The position numbers were made by a program, and so were the translations under genes. Shown in pieces: positions 46,095-56,692 of a stretch of DNA of 59,049 nucleotides (position 1 is its first letter; each line of letters starts with the position of its first letter). Below the pieces are notes generated by a model, which did no database searches, was not told where the DNA came from, and was given only the letters and a program-made list of their open reading frames with translations. This DNA is from a virus (taxonomy: Duplodnaviria > Caudoviricetes): positions 1 to 59,049 of the IMG/VR virus record IMGVR_UViG_3300035145_003654, one strand, 5' to 3'.

Positions 46095-46685
46095 GTGATA
46101 ATGTTGAAGAAGCAAAACCAATATATAACAATGAACAACTTGGATGTATCCGTAGAGGACACCTTTACAAAATCGAACGAATTGAAGCTGAAGATCTATT
46201 GTGATATGGATGGGGTGCTTACTGATTTTGATAAGCGCTTTAATGAAATCCACCCTTGGAGTCCTACTAAGTTTACTGAGAAAAACGGTAAGGATGAGTT
46301 TTGGGAACTTATTGATGAGCGTGGAGTTGGATTTTGGGTAGGAATGGAATGGATGGAAGATGGTAAGTTGTTGTGGGAATATCTTAAAACAAACCACGAT
46401 GTAGAGCTGTTGTCTTCTCCTTCACGTGCTGAACACTCACGTTTAGGTAAGCGTTTGTGGGTTAGAAACCATAAGTTGGGAGCTAAATTAAATTTAGCTT
46501 ACTCATACAATAAGAAAAAGTATGCTGCTCCTAACCATGTGTTGATTGATGATCGAAAAGACAACATTGAAGGTTGGGAATCTAAAGGAGGAATTGGTAT
46601 CTTGCACACCTCCACTGAGGATACAATTGCTAAGTTGTTAAATATAGTTGCTCAATATGGCCGAAAAGAAAGGACAGACAGTTAA
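46095..46685 (+). CDS. HAD-family 5'(3')-deoxyribonucleotidase-like protein (true start probably ~46180)
   Basis: IYCDMDGVLTDF, LLSSP, K..W, VLIDDR. Confidence 0.85.
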   Translation: MIMLKKQNQYITMNNLDVSVEDTFTKSNELKLKIYCDMDGVLTDFDKRFNEIHPWSPTKFTEKNGKDEFWELIDERGVGFWVGMEWMEDGKLLWEYLKTNHDVELLSSPSRAEHSRLGKRLWVRNHKLGAKLNLAYSYNKKKYAAPNHVLIDDRKDNIEGWESKGGIGILHTSTEDTIAKLLNIVAQYGRKERTDS

Positions 46686-47004
46686 GCTCAAATATGATTT
46701 CCCTGAGCAGTTATGTTGTGAAGTGTATGTGCCTAATCTAGAAGATTGGTATAGAGTAACGTGTAATGAGTTTAGGAGTTGGGTAGGTAAACGGAGAATT
46801 TTACATTTAGAAGGTAATAATAAAGAAAATACTAATGTTAAGGCCGAATATAGAGAATATGATGGTCCTACTTACCTGTTTAGATCAAATAAAAAAATAA
46901 ATCCAAGCAAATATACACAAAACAAAATTGCATTTTTGCACGATAAAGATCCACGAGAAGCAAAACCAAGAAAGCATGAAAAATTTTCAAGAGCCAAAAA
47001 ATAA
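46648..47004 (+). CDS. Hypothetical protein
   Basis: ORF containing WYRVTCNEFRSW.G.RR. Confidence 0.55.
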   Translation: MLNMAEKKGQTVKLKYDFPEQLCCEVYVPNLEDWYRVTCNEFRSWVGKRRILHLEGNNKENTNVKAEYREYDGPTYLFRSNKKINPSKYTQNKIAFLHDKDPREAKPRKHEKFSRAKK

Positions 47005-47386
47005 GCTTGAGGAGGAGATGAAAGAAGAGCTCCGTAAGCAAGGTATTAATCCCGATATGATTAGTGAGTATGGGGATGTTGATTTTGAAGATGGAGTTGA
47101 TGATTATTATAGCTACAAAGATAGCTATGATGAGTACGGAGAAGATGAGTATTAAAACAAGCTTTTAACAGACCACCCACCCCTCTTAATCCGTATATAC
47201 GATGTTACATTATCAAAATGAAATACTTAGTTACCTACTAATAGGAGTTATTGTATCTTTTATCCTAGAAAGCCTAATAAGGTGGGGTGGGGAAAATGTA
47301 AATGGGTGGGAACGTTTTTCACTTATTGTGGCGTGGCCCATTATGTTGTGTATATTTGTATACCAATTTATAAAAGGACTTATAGA

Positions 47387-48157
47387 ATGAAAATAGGAAT
47401 ACAAATTATAACTTACAACAGCGCTGATAGTTTTGAGAAATTAATTGAACCCTGGCTAAAACTTAAGGATAGGTACGACCTTAAGATATGGGTAGGTAGT
47501 GGGCAATTTAAGATTTATCATGACATGGGTTGTGAGAACTTAAATGGGCCCACTATCCAGCTACTGGAAAGTATGCTGGGACAAGGAAAAATAGATTATC
47601 TGTTCCAGCCAGACCCAGATAACTTGTTGGGTGATCATACAACTAGGGATAAGTGTATTCCTTGGATGAGGGAACAAGACATTGACCTAATGATTCAGTT
47701 GGACTCAGATGAGTTTTACACCGAAGAGGAGGTAAATAATTATATTGAGTTTATAGAACAAAACCCAGACTATAATTATAAGACAGTATTTAATAATTTA
47801 GTTGGGGGAGAAGGGAAAGGTATAGATTGGGAAAAACACACTGCATGGTGGATTAAAAGGTTTGGGGGGATTAGTCATTATTATTATGATGCTCACTGGA
47901 GTTATCTTGGAGAAGGAAATCCTATAGGGCATAAAGGGGAAGGAAACATTGAGTATAGGTGGCCCCCTAGTTTAATTATACCTAAAGAATTGGTTAATCC
48001 TCAACACTATACTTGGACTAATGATGAAAATATTGGTGGACCTTCCCATGTTAAGGAAAAAATTGAGTACCAAAAGAGGTACTACAATACTGGAGAGTGT
48101 GGGTATGTTTGGGATGAAAATGAGCAGAAAGTAAAACCTGTGGGTAATGACGCTTAA
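47387..48157 (+). CDS. Putative GT-A glycosyltransferase
   Basis: IQIITYN start; QLDSDE DxD motif. Confidence 0.65.
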   Translation: MKIGIQIITYNSADSFEKLIEPWLKLKDRYDLKIWVGSGQFKIYHDMGCENLNGPTIQLLESMLGQGKIDYLFQPDPDNLLGDHTTRDKCIPWMREQDIDLMIQLDSDEFYTEEEVNNYIEFIEQNPDYNYKTVFNNLVGGEGKGIDWEKHTAWWIKRFGGISHYYYDAHWSYLGEGNPIGHKGEGNIEYRWPPSLIIPKELVNPQHYTWTNDENIGGPSHVKEKIEYQKRYYNTGECGYVWDENEQKVKPVGNDA

Positions 48158-48303
48158 GGAATTTATAATGCATAAAACCCGTTGGCTTAACGGTTGGAAT
48201 GCACATATGAAACTTGGAAACATAGATTTCAAAACGTATATGCGTATGAATGGAATGAGTGAAGAAGAGTTTGATATGTTAAATAAGAAATCTGAAGAAA
48301 AGG

Positions 48304-49047
48304 ATGGATTTTAAAATAGTACAATTTGGGTTAAATAGAGATGATTCTAAGGAATCACAATCTATGGAGCAACTTAAGCAGTTAAGCAGTGATATGAATG
48401 TTAGATACATTCGTATTGAAAATCCCCCATACGAATGGGATGCTCCTGTTGATAATATATTTAATAATTGGAGAGGGAATTATGTAGGAAGAACTAAACC
48501 TCCTAACGCTCAGGGTTTAAATTTAACTGATTTTAATTATGGGTGTTGGTTGGCTCATAAACAAGCTATAAGTTTAGGGTTTGCTGATAGGGGGCATACT
48601 TTAATATGTGAATCTGATTGCCGTATACTTGATATAGATTTATTTAAGCAGAGATTAAGTGAGGCTGTTGAATTATTTAACAGTGGAGTAGATTATCCTA
48701 TTATCCGTTTTGAGCCTCCTTTTTATCCTGTTTGGATTAAAACCAAATTTGGTAAACAAGTAAGTAAAAATATCTACGAATGTGACCAAATATTCTCAGG
48801 TCACTGCCACCTTATAAATGAAAACTCAAAAGAACTCTTTACAGATTTATATGAGACAAAGGGGTGGTTAACTAATGATGATTGGCTTAATTATAACTTA
48901 GGAGATCGAAATATACCTATGTTAGCATTCAAAGAGCTTCTTACATTCCAGTTTGATGGGAGTTCTGCTTTAAATGTTTATGCTCAAAACTTTAATGAAA
49001 TGGTTAAAGATATAGATGAATCTATCAGACAAAACCTAAGTGCTTAA
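48304..49047 (+). CDS. GT25-like glycosyltransferase
   Basis: YGCWLAHK, LICESD, DDWL. Confidence 0.65.
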   Translation: MDFKIVQFGLNRDDSKESQSMEQLKQLSSDMNVRYIRIENPPYEWDAPVDNIFNNWRGNYVGRTKPPNAQGLNLTDFNYGCWLAHKQAISLGFADRGHTLICESDCRILDIDLFKQRLSEAVELFNSGVDYPIIRFEPPFYPVWIKTKFGKQVSKNIYECDQIFSGHCHLINENSKELFTDLYETKGWLTNDDWLNYNLGDRNIPMLAFKELLTFQFDGSSALNVYAQNFNEMVKDIDESIRQNLSA

Positions 49048-49919
49048 TGATATATTTAAAAGTAAATGAAGGAGAGGAATCAAATGAATTTAGAGTTGAT
49101 TTAGATCCTACACTGGCCCTAATTCATCCTGGTAAATTTAGGGTAAAGTTTAGTCATTTCCCTATAGAAAATCCTGAAAGAGAATTTGGAAGTAATAAGG
49201 GGTGGGAAACAAACATCCCTCCTGGTGGGTGGGCCTCATGGAACAGTGGAAACTCATGCCCTAGATGTGATATTAGTATTTACACCCAAGATGGGATTCA
49301 CTTGTTTACTAGAAGGTGGAATTCTATTTTAGATGGGGGTAATATTGATAAGGCATTTTCCCTTTTTGTTAAAGCAAATCCTGGGTGTAAGGGTATAATT
49401 ATAGGTCCTCATGACGGGGAATGGGGGCATTGGGTGGATCCTGTTAGAGACATGGGTGTAGAATGTTTACTTATTGAAGGGAGTAAAAAACAATTTGATA
49501 AGTTAAAGGAAAAGTATTTTGAGCTCCCAAATTGTACTTTTTTAAATCATATTATAACGGTTAATGGTGAGGATGTTACTTGGCATACTACTGATAATGG
49601 TTGGATGGATTCTATAATTTTAGAAGTAAGTAAAAAATGTGCATCTGGTGGAGAAATTATTTCGGAAACTAAGCCTAGCAAAGCAATTAATGAGTTAATT
49701 GAAGAACAAGGGTATACTGATTATGATTTCCTTCATTTAGATTTAGAAGGGTACGACACTGATCTTATTATGGGTCTAAGATATTTACCAAGAATGATTG
49801 TATTTGAAAATAATCATTGTAAAGCTATGGGTAAGTACGATAAAGCAAGGAACTACCTGGAAAGGGAAGGATATAGTATCATTGAAGAAGGTGGAGACAC
49901 TCTAGCAATCAAATTGTGA
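49047..49919 (+). CDS. FkbM-like methyltransferase with N-terminal extension
   Basis: IGPHDG, LIEGS, FLHLDLEGYD, IVFE. Confidence 0.75.
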   Translation: MIYLKVNEGEESNEFRVDLDPTLALIHPGKFRVKFSHFPIENPEREFGSNKGWETNIPPGGWASWNSGNSCPRCDISIYTQDGIHLFTRRWNSILDGGNIDKAFSLFVKANPGCKGIIIGPHDGEWGHWVDPVRDMGVECLLIEGSKKQFDKLKEKYFELPNCTFLNHIITVNGEDVTWHTTDNGWMDSIILEVSKKCASGGEIISETKPSKAINELIEEQGYTDYDFLHLDLEGYDTDLIMGLRYLPRMIVFENNHCKAMGKYDKARNYLEREGYSIIEEGGDTLAIKL

Positions 49920-49923
49920 TTGC

Positions 49924-49978
49924 GTCATATTAACGTCATGCGGAAAGGATTGGATCCGCGGATCCTTTCGTATATTCA
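49924..49978 (+). promoter_or_regulatory. Promoter with GTCAT-N6-GTCAT element
   Basis: GTCAT at 49924 and 49935, TTGG, TATATTCA at 49971. Confidence 0.75.
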
Positions 49979-50255
49979 CGGTGTTAATGATTACAGCCAT
50001 GACGAAAACAGAGAAAAAACAAGAAGTGACTCGGATGTTCTACGAGTTCATTGAGCGTAAAGGTTTTGAAGCCTTTGATGAAGGACACGGTTACTGGTAC
50101 GTTTTCCCGAAAAATAATGATTTTAATACCACGAGGTTCCAAGTGACTCGGGATTTTGAGATTAATACTTTTGGTTGTTACAGCCAGTTTGTTCTTGAGT
50201 TTGCTGATCAGTTGAATCAAGAGCTTGAGAATTACCAACGAATGATGGAATTGTA

Positions 50256-50750
50256 ATGGAAGATTTGAAATTTAAAACAGCAGAAGAAGTTATGAACTTT
50301 AGTAATAACGCAAGTGGTAATAGGGTAGATACGGACTTCTACACTAACATGAACAAGGGATTCGCCATGATGATCAATGGTTACCGGATCAGTGTTCAGT
50401 GGGGTCCTGGAAACTACGTTGATAGGGATGTTCGGTACGCTGATCATGGTGCTCCTATGAATACTGAAATCTGGGGTTGTGATAACGCTGAGGTTTTGAT
50501 CTGGGATGAGCAAGGTCGGTTTGCTCGGAATGGTGCTGGTGCTAGTTTGTTTGATCTAGCCCCTTGGGATGATGAGTTGGATGAGTACGACTTTGAGTGG
50601 TGTAATATAATTCAAGGTGGTCACAACGACCAAGTGTTTGGACACTGTTCCTCAGATTGTGTTGGTAGGATAATTGGGTTGTTGGCAAGCTGTGGTGATG
50701 ATGATCCTAGGCCTGGAATTGCCCAGATTTACCAAGCAAGTTTTAAGTAA
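50256..50750 (+). CDS. Hypothetical early protein
   Basis: GF.M..NGYRISVQWGPGNY..AEV motif-like segment. Confidence 0.65.
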   Translation: MEDLKFKTAEEVMNFSNNASGNRVDTDFYTNMNKGFAMMINGYRISVQWGPGNYVDRDVRYADHGAPMNTEIWGCDNAEVLIWDEQGRFARNGAGASLFDLAPWDDELDEYDFEWCNIIQGGHNDQVFGHCSSDCVGRIIGLLASCGDDDPRPGIAQIYQASFK

Positions 50751-50801
50751 TATTGACGTCATATACGGACTTGGGGATTCATCCCTGAGTTCGTATATTT
50801 C
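50747..50801 (+). promoter_or_regulatory. Promoter with GT(A/C)AT direct-repeat element
   Basis: GTAAT at 50747, GTCAT at 50758, TTGG, TATATTTC at 50794. Confidence 0.72.
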
Positions 50802-50827
50802 GGCGTTCAGGTAATAAAAAAGACGCC

Positions 50828-51277
50828 ATGAAAGAAAAAAAGGAAATGAACGTTGAGTTCGAAAACACGATGGATGCTATCGTCAAGACTAGGGATCTTG
50901 CTCGTTTGAGCGCTGAATCTAATAACCCTCAGGTGTTTGAGGTTAAGTTTAAACTGCCTGGTACGGGTTATTCATACCGGAGTGATTTTTACCGTTTGGT
51001 ATTTGATCCCAATCACATGGGTGATGATAAGTATCTTGGTGATTCGTTGTTCCTTTACCAAGGTGATGGAATTCTTGACAAAATGATGGGTATGGTTGAT
51101 ATCCAAAAGAATGGAAAAGCCATTGTTGTTCGAGATTTTTGGTTTGGTCAAAAAATGACAAAAACGTTCCGAGCTGAGGATATGGAGTTTGTGGGTATTA
51201 TTCATTATGATGCTGATGTTGAGAAGAATTACAAGAAGGTTGAGGAGGAAGTTGAATCTGAAAATTTGCCGTTCTAA
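50828..51277 (+). CDS. Hypothetical early protein with acidic tail ending LPF
   Basis: C-terminus EEEVESENLPF. Confidence 0.65.
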   Translation: MKEKKEMNVEFENTMDAIVKTRDLARLSAESNNPQVFEVKFKLPGTGYSYRSDFYRLVFDPNHMGDDKYLGDSLFLYQGDGILDKMMGMVDIQKNGKAIVVRDFWFGQKMTKTFRAEDMEFVGIIHYDADVEKNYKKVEEEVESENLPF

Positions 51278-51486
51278 TGGATAAGTTAATGTTTGATTTG
51301 CTGTGTCAAGTGGATATTGATGACAGTATTGAAATGCTCCGTGAGCTGCGTGAGCTTAGTGAAATGAGTGATAGTGAACGTGAGATTTATGGGTTGATCC
51401 AAGGAGATGAATTCATTGGTTTGATGCCCAGAGAATCTTTCGTAACTTCGCGTGAAGAGATTTTGAGTTTCCTAAATTAAGAAAAA

Positions 51487-51966
51487 ATGAACGTTCTATA
51501 TTTGCACGGGCTTGAGTCGAAGCCCACAGGTCCTAAAATGCGTTACCTAAAGGATCGATTTGAAAATTTTTATGCTCCTGAAATTGATTATGAGGAGCCT
51601 GAGGCGTTTGAAGAAATCCTCGACTTGTGTATTGCTGAAGAATTTGATATGATTATTGGTTCTTCTATGGGTGGTTACTTTGCTCATGCGGTTGGTACTA
51701 CGCTTGGAATTCCAGTTATTATGTTTAACCCAGCTTTGCACTCTCGTTCGTTTAATCCCTATGGTGTTACAAATGGGGAAAAGCCCATTGATGGGTATTG
51801 TGTGTTGGGTATGGATGATGACGTTATTGACCCTACAATAACGTATGAAATGCTAAAAGACCGCGAGAAGCTAGCGATTATGCCCGTAGAAGGTATGGGT
51901 CATAGAATCCCCTTCACCAAGTTTATTGATGTGATTGAAACAATCGTGCCTGAGGAAGTTGAGTAA
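51487..51966 (+). CDS. YqiA/YcfP-like alpha/beta hydrolase (esterase)
   Basis: YLHGLES, GSSMGG, NPAL, DDVI, GH. Confidence 0.88.
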   Translation: MNVLYLHGLESKPTGPKMRYLKDRFENFYAPEIDYEEPEAFEEILDLCIAEEFDMIIGSSMGGYFAHAVGTTLGIPVIMFNPALHSRSFNPYGVTNGEKPIDGYCVLGMDDDVIDPTITYEMLKDREKLAIMPVEGMGHRIPFTKFIDVIETIVPEEVE

Positions 51967-51977
51967 TATTTATTAGC

Positions 51978-52541
51978 ATGATTAAGCTAGTAGATTTACT
52001 TCTTGAGGATTATCCTAAGGGTGAGTACATACCTTTGGATGATGAGGAGAAAAAACAGGCACAAAAAGATCTATTTGATCTTATAGATAATGCCTATAAA
52101 TCCATTGGGGGTCACGTAAAATTTAAGAAACCCTCTGATGTTTTAGACCCTGAACTTCAATACTGGAGAGCAGCTGATTTAGACGATGATCCTGAATTGG
52201 ACGTCGTCTATTTTGGTAAAGTAACCCCTTATGGTGTTAAGCATACTGGAATTGGACACGATGGTGATAGGAGTAATGTTAAAAACTTGCTTATTAGGAA
52301 ATCTAAAGAACTAACCAGCCCAGGTAACTATGTTGAAATAAGTGGTGCTGCATTTGATTCATTTGTTGGTAAAGGAGGTGTTACTCCTATTGAAGATGAA
52401 GAAACAGTGCGTACTATTTTAAATAAAAAAGACATAGAATGGCATGGTAAACACCCCAAGGGTACTAAACCAGGTAATGGTTGGTATACTCGTACAATTG
52501 GTGGCCAAAAATTAACAAAAACCTTGGCAGGGAACGTTTAA
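51978..52541 (+). CDS. Probable internal virion protein
   Basis: ATATTTAT upstream; N-terminus MIKLVDLLLE. Confidence 0.6.
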   Translation: MIKLVDLLLEDYPKGEYIPLDDEEKKQAQKDLFDLIDNAYKSIGGHVKFKKPSDVLDPELQYWRAADLDDDPELDVVYFGKVTPYGVKHTGIGHDGDRSNVKNLLIRKSKELTSPGNYVEISGAAFDSFVGKGGVTPIEDEETVRTILNKKDIEWHGKHPKGTKPGNGWYTRTIGGQKLTKTLAGNV

Positions 52542-52561
52542 ATTGTATATTTATAATTGAA

Positions 52562-53548
52562 ATGAAAGAATTAAACACATTTAGGAAGTTTATCACAGAG
52601 GGTAATGCTCACGATGAGGTTCTTAGTCCCCTTATGAGCAGTGGTAAGGTAAACCCAGATGAAGAAATTGGGCAAATTTTATCTACACGAGATTCAATTG
52701 ATGTAGATAAAATTAGTGGAGATTATCTTGCGCAAGTATATAACTTTGATGATTATAAAAATCTTAACATCACCCCAGGAGATGTAGAAAATGCTTTAAG
52801 CCAACTTAAAGTTGTAAAAGTAACAGATGGAGATAAATTGGTAAGCGATTTTGATCTTGGTGGGTTTGGAGAATATGTTTTGATTGATTTTAATGGTAAC
52901 AAATATCTTGCTCATGATGGAGGTAGATACATAACAGCATTAACGGAAGGAAACGAAATCCATGAAGGTACTTGGGGTTATGGCTCTAAGGATCAAATGA
53001 TAAAAGCTCTATCTAAGCTTGAAAAAATCCGTAAAATGGGTGGAGTAAAGGGTTCACTAGAACTTGATAAAATAGGAAGTATGCTTTACAATACATTTGG
53101 AAATGATGATTTCCATGATTCTATTGATGCTGCTAAGGATGCTGCTACTGATGATGATCGATTCGCAAATTACATTGGTGATGCTCAAATTAAAGGATTA
53201 GATATGCTTAATAGTATCTATAGTGGTGAAGGAGGAAACGCTTTTAGTAAAGCAGCAGATAACCCAGATGTGAGAGTTAAAGACGCAATGTCTAATGACT
53301 TGTCTGAAAATGATAAAGCACTTGATGAAGTAATTGAAGAAGGTACTCTTTCTGATGAGATTAATAACAACATGAAACTCATCGCTGTTCACATGAGTGC
53401 TGCTGAAACTTTGGAAGATATAGTAGCTGAGTTCAATATCATCCAGGGAGGAAAAGAAATTCTTGCTCAAGTTCTTAGAAATATAGTAAAAGATAATAAT
53501 TTAACTGGCGACCCTGAAGAGTATGCCTCAATTGGATTTGAAGAATAA
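52562..53548 (+). CDS. Probable internal virion protein (acidic)
   Basis: ATATTTAT at 52547; start MKELNTFRKFITE; internal LTE/IHE/LSE/IEE sites. Confidence 0.6.
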   Translation: MKELNTFRKFITEGNAHDEVLSPLMSSGKVNPDEEIGQILSTRDSIDVDKISGDYLAQVYNFDDYKNLNITPGDVENALSQLKVVKVTDGDKLVSDFDLGGFGEYVLIDFNGNKYLAHDGGRYITALTEGNEIHEGTWGYGSKDQMIKALSKLEKIRKMGGVKGSLELDKIGSMLYNTFGNDDFHDSIDAAKDAATDDDRFANYIGDAQIKGLDMLNSIYSGEGGNAFSKAADNPDVRVKDAMSNDLSENDKALDEVIEEGTLSDEINNNMKLIAVHMSAAETLEDIVAEFNIIQGGKEILAQVLRNIVKDNNLTGDPEEYASIGFEE

Positions 53549-54285
53549 TGGCACAATTTGATTACACAAAATTCCTTAAAGAAGGTGGTATTGAGAAATA
53601 CCTAATGGAAGCTGATTTTGGTAACGACCCACAATCTCGTTACGATTATATTAGACCACTTATGTCTAAACTCCCTGACTCAGCTCGTACTGAAGCTCTT
53701 ATTGATGGGATGGAAGATGGGTTGAGAGAAGATGATAAGACTATGTTCGACTATTACTTTGTAGAAGCTATGAAAGAACTAGGTCTAGAAAGTGAGCTTA
53801 TGGAAGCTGATTCACTTGTCAACCCAGAAGCAGAAGAAATAGATGCTGAGGATTTAGATGCGGCAGCTGATTATTTCGATAGCTTAGCAGAAAATGACGA
53901 TGTATTGGACGAAATGATCGCTGAAGGTGACATTCAAGTAGGTGATTTAGTTTATTTTAAGGGACGTGAAGATGAAGTGCCTATGGAAGTACTAAAAGTT
54001 CGTAGAATGTTTGGTTCTAACCTTGATGCTATTACAACTGAAAAAGGAGAATATGATGAAACTCAATTAGTTAGAGCTAAAAGAGCAGTAGACATGGGTG
54101 ATGGTACTTTCCAAGTAAGTGAAATGGAAGGTGAAGTACAAACTGAAAATAAAGCACTTAAAGCTTCTAATGATCTTGAAGACGCACTTAATAGTGTAGT
54201 TGATGAATTAACAGACGACCAAATTGATTCTATCACTGATATGATTCTCGATTTGAGAGATAAAGTAAAAGCTAAGAAAAAATGA
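53548..54285 (+). CDS. Probable internal virion protein (acidic)
   Basis: MAQFDYTKFLKE; repeated LME/LAE/IAE/VSE sites. Confidence 0.6.
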   Translation: MAQFDYTKFLKEGGIEKYLMEADFGNDPQSRYDYIRPLMSKLPDSARTEALIDGMEDGLREDDKTMFDYYFVEAMKELGLESELMEADSLVNPEAEEIDAEDLDAAADYFDSLAENDDVLDEMIAEGDIQVGDLVYFKGREDEVPMEVLKVRRMFGSNLDAITTEKGEYDETQLVRAKRAVDMGDGTFQVSEMEGEVQTENKALKASNDLEDALNSVVDELTDDQIDSITDMILDLRDKVKAKKK

Positions 54286-54653
54286 ACGAGCGTAAGTGGA
54301 GGGAGTTTATAATTCAGGAAAATTTAGAAGACCATAAAATAGGTCTTGAACTAAATGCTAGAAAGATAGCTAAGGAAGTAGGTGCTATGCCACCTAAATT
54401 AAGTAAGGTAACAAGAATTGGTGCTTACTATATGATTTTCCCTTTTGATCCTGGTTCTCCTGGTGCTGCTTTAAGTTTTGGGGGACAAAGAACAATGTCA
54501 GGACAACAAAGAGATATTTCAATGGGTAGAGCTAAACAAGCAGCAGAGAGATTTGTTGAGTTTGTTAAGCAAGATGGTTCCCCAATTGATCAGGGGGCAT
54601 TAGGTATTGATGAAACTGGTAGTTCATATAAAGTATTTTTAGTCCCATTTTAA
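54282..54653 (+). CDS. Probable internal virion protein
   Basis: MNERKWREFIIQE. Confidence 0.55.
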   Translation: MNERKWREFIIQENLEDHKIGLELNARKIAKEVGAMPPKLSKVTRIGAYYMIFPFDPGSPGAALSFGGQRTMSGQQRDISMGRAKQAAERFVEFVKQDGSPIDQGALGIDETGSSYKVFLVPF

Positions 54654-54654
54654 G

Positions 54655-54834
54655 ATGAAAGAATTAAATAAATTTAGGGAGTTCCTTAATGAAAATACTG
54701 CTGATAACCAGTGGACTGCTTATGTTAAATCATTAGTTAATGACATTAGGTTAAATGGTGTAGAACAATATAAAGATTTTACTGAAGCTGATATTCTCGA
54801 GGATTTTGAGAATTATGTTGCAGAAAAAATGTAA
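54655..54834 (+). CDS. Small probable virion protein (59 aa, not in ORF track)
   Basis: MKELNKFREFLNE..., with an N-terminus nearly identical to that of the 52562 ORF. Confidence 0.6.
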   Translation: MKELNKFREFLNENTADNQWTAYVKSLVNDIRLNGVEQYKDFTEADILEDFENYVAEKM

Positions 54835-54849
54835 CGGGGGGTTTCTTTC

Positions 54850-54920
54850 GTCATATTGACGTCATGCGAAGGGGTGGATTTCCATCCCTTCGTTCGTATA
54901 TTCATGGGGTAAGATTGAGA
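54850..54920 (+). promoter_or_regulatory. Promoter with GTCAT-N6-GTCAT element
   Basis: GTCAT at 54850 and 54861; TATATTCA at 54897; leader TGGGGTAAGATTGAGA. Confidence 0.75.
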
Positions 54921-54943
54921 CGTAAGAAAAACCCCAATTACAA

Positions 54944-56692
54944 ATGATTAAGTTTAAAAAGAGCGAGGTGTTCAAAGCAGGTGGAAAGATGTTTGTTGCT
55001 GCACAAGCAGCCCACAAAATCATGGAAACACGTGTTGGCTTTAATGCGTTTGACCGTGACAATTGCCTTGTCCACTCTAAGCTGGGTAAGATGTTTATGA
55101 TTCCCCAGAATGTTGAATTTAAAATTGTTAAAGGATGATTATTAAAATTGCCCTTGGTTATTTGGTTGGAAAACTAATGTACCAATTCCTAGAGAACGTC
55201 GTTTATGCTTATGTTGAATACAAATCCACTAAAAAATAAAGATATGATTCGTTATTTTGTTGAAAAGGCTTTGATCCTTACAGGTTGTGCTTATTTTATT
55301 TATGCAGTTGGTAATTATCAATTGTTGGCTAATGCCCCTGAATTAGCGGCTGCGAGTTTGGTACTTGGAGCTACATTTATTGGTTTGCTCACATTGTGGG
55401 ATGTGTATTCTATGATTTGGGAATATTTTAAATCCAAGAAGTAATGATTAGGAAAAAGCAAGATCCAACGCATCCTATTGTTATTGACCTTACTGGCCCT
55501 GATGGTAATGCATTTGCGTTGATGGGTTATGCAAATAGATTTGCTAAGCAACTTGGGTTGGATAGTAAAGCTATTACCAATGAAATGATGAGTGGTGATT
55601 ATGAAAACCTACTCGAAGTGTTCGATAAGAACTTTGGTGATTTTGTAATTTTGGAGCGATAATGAAGCTGATTGATTCGGGTGGTGCCCACATTAACCTA
55701 GACCAAGAAGGTGATGCTTACTTTCACATTGATAGTACAGTTTATTACTTGAATGATTTTATTAAAATTAGACAGGTGATGGGGATTAAAGGTGATGGCG
55801 TTACTCACCTTAGTAACACTGGTATGATGATAATTGATATCGACCAAACAAACGAATACGTTGAATATAAAATCTACACAGATGCTTAATACCTATGAAT
55901 TGATTCCCGTAGGGGAAAAAGAAATGGTTGCTGAGGGTAAGTGCCTTCAAACAGGTAAGGTTTACCGAACAGCTCCCTTCACTGGAGTAGGATGGATGAG
56001 GTGGAAGAAGGGAGGGGAAATGATTCAAGCAGCACTCCCAGAACTTAATGCTGATGATCGAGAGTTTTTGATCAGTGGGTTTTCACCTGATGGTTGGAGA
56101 GAAATTTATGGTACTGAAGATGAATAAAATTAATTAAATATGGAACATTCCTTTACACAAGAACAGCTTGATACTATTGATGAAGCACTTTATGGCCTGA
56201 TTGAAAAGGGTCTAGTCAAAATTACAGGAGTAAATGAAAACGGAGAGCTCTTGTATGAACTTACTGATGAAGCAAGAAATATTTTTGAATGAATAGGTTT
56301 GATAAATTTTTGAGTAAAGCTAACACGGTAGTATTTACTGCCATTCAGCTTGGATTTTATATTATGGCTGTTTATGTTGGTGTAATTATTCTTAAAACTA
56401 TTGTTAGTCTTATTTGGTGATGAGTAGAGGTAGACCACCACTTGAAGATACTCCCCCTCCTCGTAAGTTTACTAGGGAGTTTAAGGATACTGATGGTAGT
56501 ATTTCTATTTGGCATTATGATTTAGATTACTTTCCTAGAGGACCTTATAAGGTTGAAGTTAAGGAAGCACCTGATACTGAAACTTGGGAGGAAAAAAACG
56601 CTAAGCTGCCTAAAACACAACGTAAGTATTTTAACCCTGCTAATAATAAATGGATTGGATATGGCCGAGCTAAACAGCTTGGCGTCATCTGA
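54944..56692 (+). other. Run of small hypothetical early genes (54944, 55205/55244, 55444, 55662, ~55882, 56414 and others)
   Basis: Tightly packed or overlapping + strand ORFs after the promoter. 55444 has IDLTGPDGNAFALMG; 56414 has an RGRP AT-hook-like motif. Confidence 0.6.
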
